From contig NZ_VFPH01000001.1 of the NCBI RefSeq assembly GCF_006717045.1, positions 3,643,462-3,675,461 of the forward strand: DNA of 32,000 nucleotides, written 5' to 3'. A program made the position numbers and the translations under genes. Shown in pieces: positions 1 to 10,302 of the stretch. This DNA is from Pseudonocardia cypriaca. Lineage in GTDB: Bacteria; Actinomycetota; Actinomycetes; Mycobacteriales; Pseudonocardiaceae. The stretch's first letter is position 1. The number at the start of each line of letters is the position of its first letter. The notes under the pieces are model-generated. The model was not told the origin of the DNA. It did not search any database and saw only the letters and a list, made by a program, of their open reading frames with translations.

Positions 1-162
1 GAGCACCCGAGAGGCCGGGGCGGAGGCGAGCGCAGGAAGGCCCGAGCCGGGACGGCGCGCCCACCGGCCTGATCATTGACCAGAGCAACCCGAAGGGTAC
101 CGATCAACAGAGTGCAGGGAACGGGCTGGCGGGCCGCCCGGACGACCATGATCCGAACTAGC

Positions 163-287
163 GGTTGTTCGTGGTTGCCCCCACAACCATGGACAACCGA
201 TACACCGGATCATGAACGCCAAGATCGCGAGTAGAGGTTGTCCACGGCTGCTGCCACAGCCATAGACAACCGACACAACGGATCGTG
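163..287. repeat. Two tandem copies (163-214 and 236-287, period 73 nt) of a ~52-nt imperfect-palindrome unit
   Basis: Hand alignment gives about 41 of 52 identical positions. Each copy has outer arms GGTTGT/ACAACC (163-168/193-198; 236-241/266-271). Inner arms are GGTTG/CAACC in copy A (173-177/184-188) and GGCTG/CAGCC in copy B (246-250/257-261), so a T>C change in one arm is matched by A>G in the other. Confidence 0.6.
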
Positions 288-651
288 GCCGGGACCACCA
301 CCGCGCGGGCCCGGTGACAGCGCCTGACACACCATGATCACGCTCGCCGGTCCGCGGTCGAAGGACCCTCGGCGTCGGCAGGGGCCGCCAATGCCCGCGC
401 ACCTCGTGTCGGCCCGTGCGGGTGGTGTGCGGCTACGCAACCCGTCGAACGGGTGCGCGGCCGGACACGGCGCCCGCGAGCCGCCCGCCGCTCCACGACC
501 AAGGGCGGATGGTCGCTCCCAGAGATCAACTGGCGCCCATCTGCCCTTGATCGGCGACGAGTCGGGCGATCCCCGGGGCATTCGGCACCGGGTAACGCGT
601 GCCCTGATCGGGACGAGGTCGAGGGATTCCCCCGAGCAATGGGAGTCGACG

Positions 652-1503
652 ATGACGACCATCCCGACGTTCAACCTCCTGGAGCCCTATCGAATCGCAG
701 AGGAGACGTTCGTCATCCCGTGGGCCCTCGAGGCCCCGCCGGTCGGGCACTTCCCCATGAACTCGATGGCGATCCGCGGGGCGGAGCCGGTGCTCGTGGA
801 CACCGGCTCGCCGGCCGTGCGGGCACAGTGGCTGGAAGCCGCGTGGTCGGTGGTGGACCCGCTGGACGTGAAGTGGGTGTTCCTCACCCACGACGACCGC
901 GACCACTCGGGCAACCTGTTGCCGGTCCTCGCGGCCTGCCCGAACGCAACTCTGCTGACGACCTGGTTCTCGATCGGCCGGATGGCCGAGGAGTGGGAGA
1001 CCCCGATCAACCGGTGTCGTTTCGTGATCGAGGGCGACACCGTCGACGTGGGCGACCGCACGCTGGTGGCGAAGCGGCCGCCGCTGTACGACAACCCGAC
1101 GACCCGCGCCCTCTTCGACACGAAGACGAGCGTGGTGTGGTCGGTGGACACGTTCGCGACGAACCTGCCCGCTCCGATGCCCGAGATCGGCGAGCTGACC
1201 GACGACGAGTTCCGGGACGGCCAGTTCTTCGGCGGCCGCCTGGTCTCGCCGTGGTACACGCTGCTCGACGCGGGCAAGTTCCGGGCGGTCGTTGACGACT
1301 TCCAGCGGCTCGGCGCCGAGGTCGTCGCCGGCTGCCACTCGCCCGTGCTCAACGGCCACCGGGTCGACGAGGCGTTCGACCTGCTCCGGCGGCTCCCGGA
1401 CGTTCCGCCGTGGCAGGAGTTCACGCAGGCCGACCTGGACAGGTGGATGGACGCCGCCGAGGGGTCGGTCCCACCGGAGCAGCCCCGCCCGTCCGCCACC
1501 TGA
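652..1503 (+). CDS. MBL-fold metallo-hydrolase
   Basis: ATG at 652 inside the 334..1503 ORF; the upstream part is Arg/Pro-rich and not protein-like. The protein starts MTTIPTFNLLEP and contains VFLTHDDRDHSGN, a variant of the HxHxDH metal-binding motif of the beta-lactamase fold. Confidence 0.7.
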   Translation: MTTIPTFNLLEPYRIAEETFVIPWALEAPPVGHFPMNSMAIRGAEPVLVDTGSPAVRAQWLEAAWSVVDPLDVKWVFLTHDDRDHSGNLLPVLAACPNATLLTTWFSIGRMAEEWETPINRCRFVIEGDTVDVGDRTLVAKRPPLYDNPTTRALFDTKTSVVWSVDTFATNLPAPMPEIGELTDDEFRDGQFFGGRLVSPWYTLLDAGKFRAVVDDFQRLGAEVVAGCHSPVLNGHRVDEAFDLLRRLPDVPPWQEFTQADLDRWMDAAEGSVPPEQPRPSAT

Positions 1504-1555
1504 CGAGCCCGGTCGGCCTTGACGGCCCGACCCGTTCCCCGGGCATGCTGACGCG

Positions 1556-2776
1556 GTGACGCACGCCGGCATCCCGGAGCTCCCGGCCGCCCTGTGGCGC
1601 AACCCGGAGCCGAAGCGCTCCTACGACGTGGTGATCGTCGGTGCGGGCGGGCACGGCCTGGCCACCGCCCACTACCTCGCGAAGAACCACGGAATCACGA
1701 ACGTGGCAGTGCTCGAACGGGGCTGGCTCGCCGGCGGCAACATGGCCCGCAACACCACGATCATCCGCTCCAACTACCTCTGGGACGAGAGCGCCGCCAT
1801 CTACGAGCACGCGCTGCGGCTGTGGGAGGGCCTCGAGGACGACCTCGGCATGCCGATCCTGTTCGACCAGCGCGGCGTGCTCAACCTGGCGCACAGCCTG
1901 CAGGACGTGCGCGAGGGCGTCCGGCGCGTCGAGGCCAACGTGCTCAACGGGGTCGACGCGCAGTGGCTCACCCCGGACGAGGTCCGCGAGGTCTGCCCGA
2001 TCGTCAACACCTCCCCCGACCTGCGCTACCCGGTGCTCGGCGCGACGTACCAGCCGCGGGCAGGCATCGCGAAGCACGACTACGTGGCGTGGGGCTTCGC
2101 GCGGCGGGCCGACGCCGCGGGCGTGGATCTCATCCAGGACTGCGAGGTCACGGGCTTCACCACCGACGGGGACCGGGTCACCGGCGTGAGCACCAGCCGG
2201 GGCGACATCGCCGCCGGCAAGGTCGCCCTCTGCGCCGCGGGCCACACCTCGGTGCTCGCCGACCAGCTGGGCCTGCGCCTGCCGCTGCAGAGCCACCCGC
2301 TGCAGGCGCTGGTCTCCGAGCTGCTCGAACCCGTGCACCCCACCGTCGTCATGTCCAACGCCGTGCACGTCTACGTCTCGCAGGCGCACAAGGGCGAGCT
2401 GGTGATGGGTGCGGGCGTCGACTCCTACAACGGCTACGGCCAGCGCGGCGCGTTCCACATCATCGAGCGGCAGATGGCCGCGGCGGTGGAGCTGTTCCCG
2501 GTGTTCGCCCGGGCGCACCTGCTGCGCACGTGGGGCGGGATCGTCGACGTCTCCCCCGACGCATCCCCGATCGTCGGGCTCACCCCCTACGCGGGGCTGT
2601 ACCTCAACTGCGGGTGGGGCACCGGCGGGTTCAAGGCCACGCCGGGGGTCGGGTGGTGCATGGCGCACACGATCGCCCACGACGAGCCGCACCCGCACAA
2701 CGCGCCGTTCACCCTCGAACGCTTCACGACCGGCGCCCTGATCGACGAGCACGGCGCCGCCGCCGTGGCGCACTGA
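1556..2776 (+). CDS. soxB: Sarcosine oxidase subunit beta (FAD-dependent)
   Basis: GTG start. N-terminal Rossmann motif [18 protein letters not shown]. Length (406 aa) and sequence are typical of heterotetrameric SoxB, and delta, alpha and gamma subunit genes follow. Confidence 0.9.
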   Translation: MTHAGIPELPAALWRNPEPKRSYDVVIVGAGGHGLATAHYLAKNHGITNVAVLERGWLAGGNMARNTTIIRSNYLWDESAAIYEHALRLWEGLEDDLGMPILFDQRGVLNLAHSLQDVREGVRRVEANVLNGVDAQWLTPDEVREVCPIVNTSPDLRYPVLGATYQPRAGIAKHDYVAWGFARRADAAGVDLIQDCEVTGFTTDGDRVTGVSTSRGDIAAGKVALCAAGHTSVLADQLGLRLPLQSHPLQALVSELLEPVHPTVVMSNAVHVYVSQAHKGELVMGAGVDSYNGYGQRGAFHIIERQMAAAVELFPVFARAHLLRTWGGIVDVSPDASPIVGLTPYAGLYLNCGWGTGGFKATPGVGWCMAHTIAHDEPHPHNAPFTLERFTTGALIDEHGAAAVAH

Positions 2777-2788
2777 GCGGGAGGGCGC

Positions 2789-3064
2789 ATGCAGCTGATC
2801 GAGTGCCCGTGGTGCGGCCCCCGCGAGGAGGTCGAGTTCCACTACGGCGGTCAGGCCCACGTCGCCTACCCCGCCGACCCGGCCACGCTCACCGACGAGG
2901 AGTGGGCGCGCTACCTCTTCTTCCGCGACAACCCGAAGGGCACGTTCGCCGAGCGCTGGCAGCACGCGGCGGGGTGCCGCCGCTGGTTCAACGCGGTGCG
3001 CGACACCGCGACCTACCGGTTCCAGGCGGTCTACCGCCCCGACGAGCCCCGCCCGGAGATCTAG
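2789..3064 (+). CDS. soxD: Sarcosine oxidase subunit delta
   Basis: 91 aa starting MQLIECPWCGPREEVEFHYGG, the characteristic SoxD N-terminus. GGGAGGG Shine-Dalgarno at 2778-2784. Sits between soxB and soxA. Confidence 0.9.
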   Translation: MQLIECPWCGPREEVEFHYGGQAHVAYPADPATLTDEEWARYLFFRDNPKGTFAERWQHAAGCRRWFNAVRDTATYRFQAVYRPDEPRPEI

Positions 3065-5854
3065 TTGACCGAGACCTTCCGCACCGCCTCCGGCGGCCGG
3101 ATCGACCGCATCACGACGCTGCGGTTCACGTTCGACGAGCGCGAACTCACCGGCCACCCCGGCGACACGCTCGCCTCGGCGCTGCTCGCCGCGGGCGTGC
3201 ACGAGATCGGCACGAGCGTGCGGTACGCCCGGCCGCGCGGGATCGGCGCGGCGTGGGCCGAGGACCCCGGCGGGCTCGTGCAGATCGAGCGGCCCTTCCC
3301 GGAGCCGATGCTGCAGGCGGCCACCGTGGAGTTGGTCGACGGCCTGGTCGCGAGCAGCATCGGCGGTCGCGGCCACCTCGCCCACGGCTCCGACCCCGCC
3401 CGCTACGACGCCTCGCACGCCCACGCCGACCTGCTCGTGGTCGGCGCCGGCCCCGCCGGTCTCGCGGCGGCGCTCACCGCCGCCCGGGGCGGGGCGCGGG
3501 TCGTGCTGGTGGACGAGCAGTCCGAGGCGGGCGGCGCCCTGCTCGCCGCCACCGACCGTCCCGCGCTGGACTGGGTCGCCGCCACGACCGCGGAGCTGGC
3601 GAGCGCCCCGGACGTGCTGCACCTGCAGCGCACCACCGCCTTCGGCCACTACGACGACGGCTTCGTGCTCGCCCTGGAGCGGCGGACGGATCACCTGAGC
3701 CGCGTTCCGCGGAACGTCTCCCGGCAGCGGATCTGGCGGATCCGGGCCCGGCACGTGCTCGTCGCCGCCGGGGCGCACGAGCGGCCCGTCGTGTTCACCG
3801 ACAACGACCGCCCGGGGATCATGCTCGCCGGGGCGTCCCGCACCTACCTGCACCGGTACGGCGTGCTGGCCGGCCGGGAGGTGGTGGTGTTCACCACCGA
3901 CGACGCCGCGTACGCCGCGGCCGTCGACCTCGCCGATGCCGGTGCCCGCGTCGCCGCCGTGGTCGACGCGCGGCCATCGGCCCCGCCGGAGTGGCGGGCG
4001 GCGTGCGCGGAGCGCGGGATCCCCGTGCGGGAGGACGCCGTCGTGACCGGCACCGCAGGCGTGGAGCGCGTACGGGCGGCGCTGGTGGACGGCGAGCCGG
4101 TGCACTGCGACCTGCTGCTGGTGAGCGGCGGCTGGAACCCGGCGGTGCACCTGGTGAGCCAGGCCGGCGGGACCCTGCGCTACGACGAGCCGCTCGGCGC
4201 CTTCCTGCCGGCCACGCTCCCGCCAGCCACCAGCGTGGCGGGCGCCGCCAACGGCACCCTCGACCTCGCGGGCTGCCTCGCCGAGGGCGCGCGGGCCGCC
4301 GCGACGGCGCTCGGGGTCGACCCGGTCCCGCTCCCCCGAACGGAACCCGCGCCACAACGCACCGCGCAACGAGTGCTGTGGCGGGTGCCCGGTGACGAGC
4401 ACGCCCAGTTCGTCGACGTCCAGCGCGACGCCACCGTCGCCGACATCGCCCGCGCCCTCGGCGCAGGGATGCGCAGCATCGAGCACGTCAAGCGGTACAC
4501 CACGATCGGCACCGCGCACGACCAGGGCAAGACGTCCGGCATCGTCGCCGCCGGGATCACGGCCGAGCTGCTCGGCGTGCCCGTCGCGACGCTCGGCACC
4601 ACGACGTTCCGCGCGCCCTACACGCCGGTGGCGTTCGCCGCGCTGGCCGGCCGCCACCGCGGCGTGCGGTACGACCCGGAGCGCACCACCCCGGTGCACG
4701 ACTGGCACGTCGCGCGCGGTGCCGTGTTCGAGGACGTCGGCCAGTGGAAGCGGCCCCGCTACTACCCGCTTCCCGGCGAGGACATGGAGGCGGCGGTGCT
4801 GCGCGAGTGCGCGGCCGTCCGGCGGGGCGTCGGGATCATGGACGGGTCGACGCTCGGCATGATCGACGTGGCCGGCCCGGACGCCGGTGAGCTGCTCGAC
4901 CGGCTCTACACCAACGTGATGAGCAGCCTGCGGGTCGGCCGGATCCGCTACGGCGTGATGTGCAAGGCCGACGGGATGGTGTTCGACGACGGCACCGTCA
5001 TGCGGCTTGCCGAGGACCGCTTCCTGGTCTCCACCACCACCGGCGGGGCCGCCGCGGTCCTGGACTGGATGGAGGAGTGGCTGCAGACCGAGTGGCCGCA
5101 CCTGCGGGTGCGCCTCACCTCGGTCACCGACCACTGGGCGACCTTCCCCGTGGTCGGCCCGCGCTCCCGGGACGTGATCGGCGCGGTCTTCCCGGACGTC
5201 GACGGGTCGGCGGCCGGGTTCCCGTTCATGACCTGGCGGGACACCGGCCTCGGCGGGGTGCCGGTGCGGCTGGCCCGGATCAGCTTCTCCGGCGAGCTGG
5301 CGTTCGAGGTGAACGTGGACGCCTGGCACGCCCGCGCGGTGTGGGACCGGCTGATCGCCGCGGGCGAGCCGCACGGCATCACCCCCTACGGCACCGAGAC
5401 GATGCACGTGCTGCGCGCCGAGAAGGGCTACCCGATCGTCGGCCAGGACACCGACGGCACGGTCACCCCGCACGACCTGGGCATGGAGTGGATCGTGTCG
5501 GCGAAGAAGCCCGACTTCGTCGGGAAGCGCTCGTTCGCCCGCCCGTCCGACCAGGACCCGCAGCGCAAGCACCTGGTCGGGCTGCTCCCCCGCGACCCGG
5601 CGTTCCTCCTGCCGGAAGGGGCGCAGCTCGTCGGCACACCGACGCTGCCCGAGCCGCCCGTGCCGATGCTGGGCCACGTCACGTCCAGCTACCGCAGCGC
5701 CGAGCTCGGCCGCACCTTCGCCCTCGCGCTGGTGCGCGGGGGCCGCGACCGGATCGGACAGACCCTGCACGTGCCGGTCGGCGGCACGACCGTTCCGGTG
5801 GAGGTCACCTCGCCGGTGTTCGTCGACCCGGAGGGAACCCGCCGTGACGGCTGA
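3065..5854 (+). CDS. soxA: Sarcosine oxidase subunit alpha
   Basis: TTG start immediately after the soxD stop. 929 aa with the dinucleotide-binding motif LLVVGAGPAGLAAAL and a C-terminal aminomethyltransferase (GcvT-like) folate-binding region. Confidence 0.9.
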   Translation: MTETFRTASGGRIDRITTLRFTFDERELTGHPGDTLASALLAAGVHEIGTSVRYARPRGIGAAWAEDPGGLVQIERPFPEPMLQAATVELVDGLVASSIGGRGHLAHGSDPARYDASHAHADLLVVGAGPAGLAAALTAARGGARVVLVDEQSEAGGALLAATDRPALDWVAATTAELASAPDVLHLQRTTAFGHYDDGFVLALERRTDHLSRVPRNVSRQRIWRIRARHVLVAAGAHERPVVFTDNDRPGIMLAGASRTYLHRYGVLAGREVVVFTTDDAAYAAAVDLADAGARVAAVVDARPSAPPEWRAACAERGIPVREDAVVTGTAGVERVRAALVDGEPVHCDLLLVSGGWNPAVHLVSQAGGTLRYDEPLGAFLPATLPPATSVAGAANGTLDLAGCLAEGARAAATALGVDPVPLPRTEPAPQRTAQRVLWRVPGDEHAQFVDVQRDATVADIARALGAGMRSIEHVKRYTTIGTAHDQGKTSGIVAAGITAELLGVPVATLGTTTFRAPYTPVAFAALAGRHRGVRYDPERTTPVHDWHVARGAVFEDVGQWKRPRYYPLPGEDMEAAVLRECAAVRRGVGIMDGSTLGMIDVAGPDAGELLDRLYTNVMSSLRVGRIRYGVMCKADGMVFDDGTVMRLAEDRFLVSTTTGGAAAVLDWMEEWLQTEWPHLRVRLTSVTDHWATFPVVGPRSRDVIGAVFPDVDGSAAGFPFMTWRDTGLGGVPVRLARISFSGELAFEVNVDAWHARAVWDRLIAAGEPHGITPYGTETMHVLRAEKGYPIVGQDTDGTVTPHDLGMEWIVSAKKPDFVGKRSFARPSDQDPQRKHLVGLLPRDPAFLLPEGAQLVGTPTLPEPPVPMLGHVTSSYRSAELGRTFALALVRGGRDRIGQTLHVPVGGTTVPVEVTSPVFVDPEGTRRDG

Positions 5855-6362
5855 CCCGCTCCCCCGCACCGGCCCCCTGGACGCCTGGGCCGACCGGTTC
5901 GCCGCGCTTCCCGCGGGCATCCGGATCACGGCCGACCCGTTCGTCCCGATGGCCGACGTCCGCGCCGACGCGGCCACCGCAGCCGCGCTCGGGCTACCGA
6001 CCACGCCGAACACCTGGGCGGGCCGCGGTGGCGGGCGGGCGATCTGGCTGGGGCCGGACGAGTGGCTGGTCACCGGTTCGCCCGGGGACCTGCCGGGCGC
6101 GGACGTCGTGGTCGACGTGTCCGGCCAGCGCACCACCCTGCACCTCGCGGGCGAGCACGTACGCGCCGTGCTCGCCACCGGTTGCGCCCTCGACCTGCAC
6201 CCACGGGCGTTCCCGGCGGGCTCGGCTGCGCAGACCCTGCTCGGACTGGCCGGGGTGGTACTGCTCGCCCTGGACGACGCCGAGTACGAGGTCCTCGTCC
6301 GCACCTCGTTCGCGCGCTACCTGGCGGACTGGCTGCTCGACGCGGCAGCGGAGTACTCCTAG
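5844..6362 (+). CDS. soxG: Sarcosine oxidase subunit gamma
   Basis: 172 aa. GTG start overlaps the soxA 3' end by 11 nt. Position and size fit SoxG; this subunit family has weak sequence conservation. Confidence 0.8.
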   Translation: MTADPLPRTGPLDAWADRFAALPAGIRITADPFVPMADVRADAATAAALGLPTTPNTWAGRGGGRAIWLGPDEWLVTGSPGDLPGADVVVDVSGQRTTLHLAGEHVRAVLATGCALDLHPRAFPAGSAAQTLLGLAGVVLLALDDAEYEVLVRTSFARYLADWLLDAAAEYS

Positions 6363-7105
6363 GCCGCGCGCAAGGAACCCCAGAACGAACGCAGCGCATC
6401 CGCAGCCGCCGCCGGGTCCTGCGCCATCCACCAGTGGCCGAGGCCTTCCAGCCGCTCCGTGCGAGCACCGAGCCGGGCGGCGACCTCCGCGGACCGGTCC
6501 GGGTCGTCGAACGGGTCGGCGGTCGGTTGCAGGACGAGACCCGGCGCCGGGGCGGGCCCGGTGAGCTCCCGGCCCCAGTCGGCGTACGGGTTGGGCACGG
6601 CCGACCGGTACAGGTCGAGGATGCAGCCGCCCATCGTCTCGTCGTAGGCCGCGGCCATCACGGCGGCATCGGCCTCCGGCACACCCGCGCCCTGCAGGAA
6701 CCCCGTGCGCCCGGCGGGTCCGGCGGCCGCCGTGGCCCCCGTCCACTCCTCCCCGGCGCCCGGGGTCTGCCACACCTGCGCGATGTCGTGCCAGACGTAG
6801 TCCGGGTGGAACACCGCGGCCACGTCCACGGCCCAGCTGCGCAGCGGGACGTCGTGTGCCGTGGCCACGCGCACGACGAAGCCGGCTCCCCAGTCGTGCC
6901 CGACCAGGTCGAGCGGCCCGTCGAGCCCGCGCAGCGCGTCGGCCAGCCACCGCGCGTACTCGTCCTTCGTCGCGCCGAAACCGGCCGGCCGGGGTGTGCC
7001 GAAGCCGGGCAGGTCGAGGGCGACCGTGTCGCCGCCGAGGTGGGCGCGCACGCCCGTCCAGACCGCGCTCGTCTCGGGGACGCCGTGCACGAAGACCACC
7101 GTCAT
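6359..7105 (-). CDS. Alpha/beta-fold hydrolase
   Basis: ATG at 7105 inside the long 6359..8188 ORF. The protein starts MTVVFVHGVPETSAVW and has the nucleophile-elbow-like VGHDWG. 248 aa. Confidence 0.75.
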   Translation of the reverse strand: MTVVFVHGVPETSAVWTGVRAHLGGDTVALDLPGFGTPRPAGFGATKDEYARWLADALRGLDGPLDLVGHDWGAGFVVRVATAHDVPLRSWAVDVAAVFHPDYVWHDIAQVWQTPGAGEEWTGATAAAGPAGRTGFLQGAGVPEADAAVMAAAYDETMGGCILDLYRSAVPNPYADWGRELTGPAPAPGLVLQPTADPFDDPDRSAEVAARLGARTERLEGLGHWWMAQDPAAAADALRSFWGSLRAA

Positions 7106-7177
7106 ACACCGATGGTGTCCTGCCCCGTACGGCCGCGCCACCCTGCTGATCTGCCCCGGATGGAGTAGAACCTGCGG

Positions 7178-7813
7178 ATGGCACTCAGGTTGACGCCACA
7201 TGAACGGGGCTTCTACCCGCTGTTCACCCGGGCCGCGGAGAACATCGCCCGTGCAGCCGACGACCTCGCGGCACTCGTGGCCGCGCCGCCCTCCGAGCGG
7301 GCCGAGCTCGCCAGGCGGGTGAAGGATGCCGAGAACGCGGGCGACGCGCTCACCCACGAGATCCTGGTGAAGCTCAACAAGACGTTCGTGACCCCGTTCG
7401 ACCGCGAGGACATCTACCGCCTCACCTCGTCGCTCGACGACGTGATCGACGCGATGGAGGAGGCCGCCGACCGGATCGTGCTCTACCGGCTCGGCGACCT
7501 GCCGGCCGGCATGAAGACCCAGACCGACGTCCTGCAGCGCGCGGCCGCCGCGACCGCCGAGGCGATGCCGCAGCTCGTGACGATGTCGAAGCTGCAGGAG
7601 TACTGGGTGCACGTCAACTCCCTCGAGGACGAGGGCGACGTCGCCTACCGCGCCCTCCTCGAGGAGCTGCTCTGCCCGCCCGGCGACGTGGACGCGGCAG
7701 GCGTGCTGACGATCCTCAAGATCAAGGAGGTCATCGACTCCCTCGAGGAAGCGGCCGACGCGTTCGAGACGGTGGCCAACACCGTCGAGAGCATCGCCGT
7801 CAAGGAGTCCTGA
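7178..7813 (+). CDS. DUF47-family (PhoU-like) phosphate-transport accessory protein
   Basis: 211 aa with TPFDREDIYRLTSSLDDVIDAMEEAA, typical of DUF47 proteins. A PiT transporter gene starts 1 nt after its stop. Confidence 0.8.
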   Translation: MALRLTPHERGFYPLFTRAAENIARAADDLAALVAAPPSERAELARRVKDAENAGDALTHEILVKLNKTFVTPFDREDIYRLTSSLDDVIDAMEEAADRIVLYRLGDLPAGMKTQTDVLQRAAAATAEAMPQLVTMSKLQEYWVHVNSLEDEGDVAYRALLEELLCPPGDVDAAGVLTILKIKEVIDSLEEAADAFETVANTVESIAVKES

Positions 7814-8809
7814 GTGGAGCTCGCCACGATCATCGTGGTGATCGTGATGGCCGTCGCGTTCGACTACACCAACGGCTTCCACGACGCCGCCAACGCCATC
7901 GCGACCTCCGTCGCCACGCGGGCCCTCACCCCCCGCGCCGCGCTGATCATGGCCGCGCTGATGAACCTGGTCGGTGCGTTCCTCGGCACCGCGGTCGCCT
8001 CCACGGTCGGCAGCGGCATCATCGACCCACCGCAGGGGATCTCGGGCCTCGTCGTGGTGCTCGCGGCCCTCGTCGGTGCGATCGTGTGGAACCTCATCAC
8101 GTGGTGGTTCGGCATGCCGTCCTCGTCGTCGCACGCGCTGATCGGCGGGCTCGTGGGCGCCGCGCTCGCCGCGGCGGGCACGGTGCACTGGAGCGGCGTG
8201 CTGGACAAGGTCGTCATCCCGATGGTGCTGTCACCGATGGTGGGCTTCCTGCTCGCCGGGCTGCTGATGACCGCGTTGCTGTGGACCTTCCGGAGGGCCT
8301 ACCCGCAGCGGCTCAGCCGCGGCTTCCGCTACGCCCAAACCCTCTCGGCCGCCGCGATGGCCCTCGGACACGGCCTGCAGGACGCCCAGAAGACGATGGG
8401 CGTGATCGTGCTGGCGCTCGTCGTCGGCGGCTACCACCAGGGCTTCGAGGTGCCGTGGTGGGTGGTCCTGCTCGCGGCGGGTGCGCTGTCGGCCGGCACC
8501 TACGCCGGCGGCTGGCGGATCATGCGGACGCTCGGGCGGCGGATCATCGACCTCGACCCGCCTCGCGGGTTCGCCGCGGAGATGACGGCGTCGGCGGTGC
8601 TCTACACCACCGCCTTCGCGTTCGCCGCCCCGATCTCGACCACGCAGACCATCACCTCGTCGATCCTCGGCGTCGGCGCCACGAAGCGGCTCTCCGCGGT
8701 GCGGTGGGGTGTGGCGGGCAACATCGTCGTGGCGTGGGTGCTCACGATCCCGATGGCCGCCTTGGCCGCCGCACTCTCGTTCTGGGCGCTGCACCCCCTC
8801 CTGCAGTAG
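7814..8809 (+). CDS. PiT-family inorganic phosphate transporter
   Basis: GTG start. 331 aa polytopic membrane protein with FDYTNGFHDAANAIATSV, the PiT-family signature. Confidence 0.85.
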   Translation: MELATIIVVIVMAVAFDYTNGFHDAANAIATSVATRALTPRAALIMAALMNLVGAFLGTAVASTVGSGIIDPPQGISGLVVVLAALVGAIVWNLITWWFGMPSSSSHALIGGLVGAALAAAGTVHWSGVLDKVVIPMVLSPMVGFLLAGLLMTALLWTFRRAYPQRLSRGFRYAQTLSAAAMALGHGLQDAQKTMGVIVLALVVGGYHQGFEVPWWVVLLAAGALSAGTYAGGWRIMRTLGRRIIDLDPPRGFAAEMTASAVLYTTAFAFAAPISTTQTITSSILGVGATKRLSAVRWGVAGNIVVAWVLTIPMAALAAALSFWALHPLLQ

Positions 8810-8815
8810 CTCCCC

Positions 8816-10277
8816 TCACGCGCCGCGGACGGCCCGGCCCGGCAGCGCGCCGGTGTCGAGCACGCCGTCGCGCACCACGAACCGGCCCCCGACCAGGACG
8901 TGCCGGATGCCCTCCGACGGGCGGGTGGTGTCGGTGTAGGTCGACCGGTCGGACACGGTGTCCGGGTCGAAGATCGTGACGTCGGCGTCGCTCCCCGGCT
9001 GCAGCCGCCCCTTGCGGCGCATCGCGGGCGCCGCCGGCTGCACGATCCGCGCCGGCACGAGCGTGCAGCGGCGCACGGCCTCCGGCAGGCTCAGCGCCCC
9101 TTGCTCGCGCACGAGCAGCCGCAGGGTGCGGGCGAACGTTCCGGCTGTGCGCGGGTGGGTCGCGACCCGGGGCGGAAGCGGCCAGGCCAGCGGGTCGCGC
9201 GGGCCCGCCGTCCACTGGGGCGCGATCGCGTCGCTCGCCACCGCGGCGTCCGGGAAGGCGAGCGCCCGCTGCACGACGCCGAACGCGGCCGGGTCGGACT
9301 CGTCGACCTGGTGCACGAAGGCGAGCGCGCCCGGATCCTCCGCGCGCACCCGGCGCAGCTCGTCGGCGTCGGCGATGCGCCTGCCGAGGGCGAGGTGGCC
9401 GATGGAGCTCGGGGTGAGGCCGCGCCGGTGCAGCAGGCGCGAGGAACGCGGCCCCGATCCCGGTCATCCCGGCGCCGTACGGGTAGGCCTCCGTGGTGAC
9501 CGCCGAGCCCTCGCCGCGGACCCGCTCCACCAGGGCCAGCACGCGGTCCACGTGCCGGCCCGACGTGCTGTTGAGGTGGCAGTAGTGCATGTGCGCACCG
9601 GTCTCGCCCGCCGCGCGCACGATCTCCTCCGCCCCGTCGACCGCGACGTGCGGGTCGGCCTCCACCAGGTCCCGGGCGTGGGTGTAGGTCGGCACGCCGT
9701 GCCGCGCGGCCAGCGCCGCGACGGCGAGGTACTCGGCGGGATCGGTGCCCGGCGCGTACCCGACGAGCACACCGATCCCGAGCGCGCCCGCCGCCAGGTC
9801 GGCCTCGAGAAGCGCCAGGATGCGCTCGACGTCCGCGGGCGGGGCCGCGGCCTGCCAGCGCGGGTCGGCGACGTGGACGAGCAGCTGGTCGAGGTCACCG
9901 ACCGCGGGCGCGCCGGCTAGGACGTGCATGCGGGCGGCCGCCCACGACGTCGAGAAGCCGTAGTTGACCGGCCGCCCCTCGGCGGCGGCCCGGCGGTAGG
10001 CCTGGTCCACCGGCAGGGCGCCCGCCTCGAGCTCGAGCGCGGTGGTGACCCCGTCGAGCGCCTGCAGCCGCTGGCCCGGGATGTCCTGGCTGTGGCTGTG
10101 CAGGTCGACGAACCCCGGGCACACGACGAGCCCCGTGGCGTCGACGGTGGTGGCTCCGGGAAGGGGCTGCTCGCTGACCTCCCGGACGGCACCGCCGGAG
10201 ATCCCGACGTCGCGGACCGAATCGAGGCCGGACTCGGGGTCGATCACCCGGCCGCCGCTGAGGACGAGGTCGTACAC
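8816..10277 (-). pseudogene. D-aminoacylase / amidohydrolase-family gene with a frameshift near 9437-9466
   Basis: The N-terminal part (VYDLVLSGGRVIDP...GFVDLHSHSQ...TTEAYPYGAGMTGIGAAFLAP) lies in the frame of ORF 8742..10418. The C-terminal part (LLHRRGLTPSSIGHLALG...RVRAEDPGALAFVHQVDE...GRLQPGSDADVTIFDP) lies in the frame of ORF 8816..9349. After the shift the first frame reads Arg/Pro-rich nonsense. The GTG at 10277 is preferred as start because AGGGGG lies 8 nt upstream. Confidence 0.7.
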
Positions 10278-10279
10278 GG

Positions 10280-10302
10280 TCGACACCCCCTGACCGTAGA
10301 TC
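10280..10302. repeat. attL core (TCGACACCCCCTGACCGTAGATC)
   Basis: Identical 23-mer at 24981-25003. The bases on either side differ, so the repeat is exactly 23 bp. Confidence 0.85.

Noticed and set aside
333-342. 10-mer CATGATCACG shared between the window start and the cargo palindromic element (13584-13593)
   Set aside because: A single shared 10-mer is expected by chance among all 10-mer pairs in 32 kb read on both strands, and the flanking sequences are unrelated.
1421-6304. 1627-aa ORF on the minus strand spanning the whole sox operon, plus many other long antisense or alternative-frame ORFs across the window (for example 1594..4395, 5994..7184, 27472..29520)
   Set aside because: Their translations are Arg/Pro/Gly/Ala-rich low-complexity strings typical of stop-codon-poor high-G+C DNA. 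The opposite or other frames encode clearly recognisable proteins.
6359-6362. Shared palindromic CTAG providing the stop codons of convergent soxG and the alpha/beta hydrolase gene
   Set aside because: A 4-nt tail-to-tail overlap is common in compact genomes and has no evident regulatory meaning.
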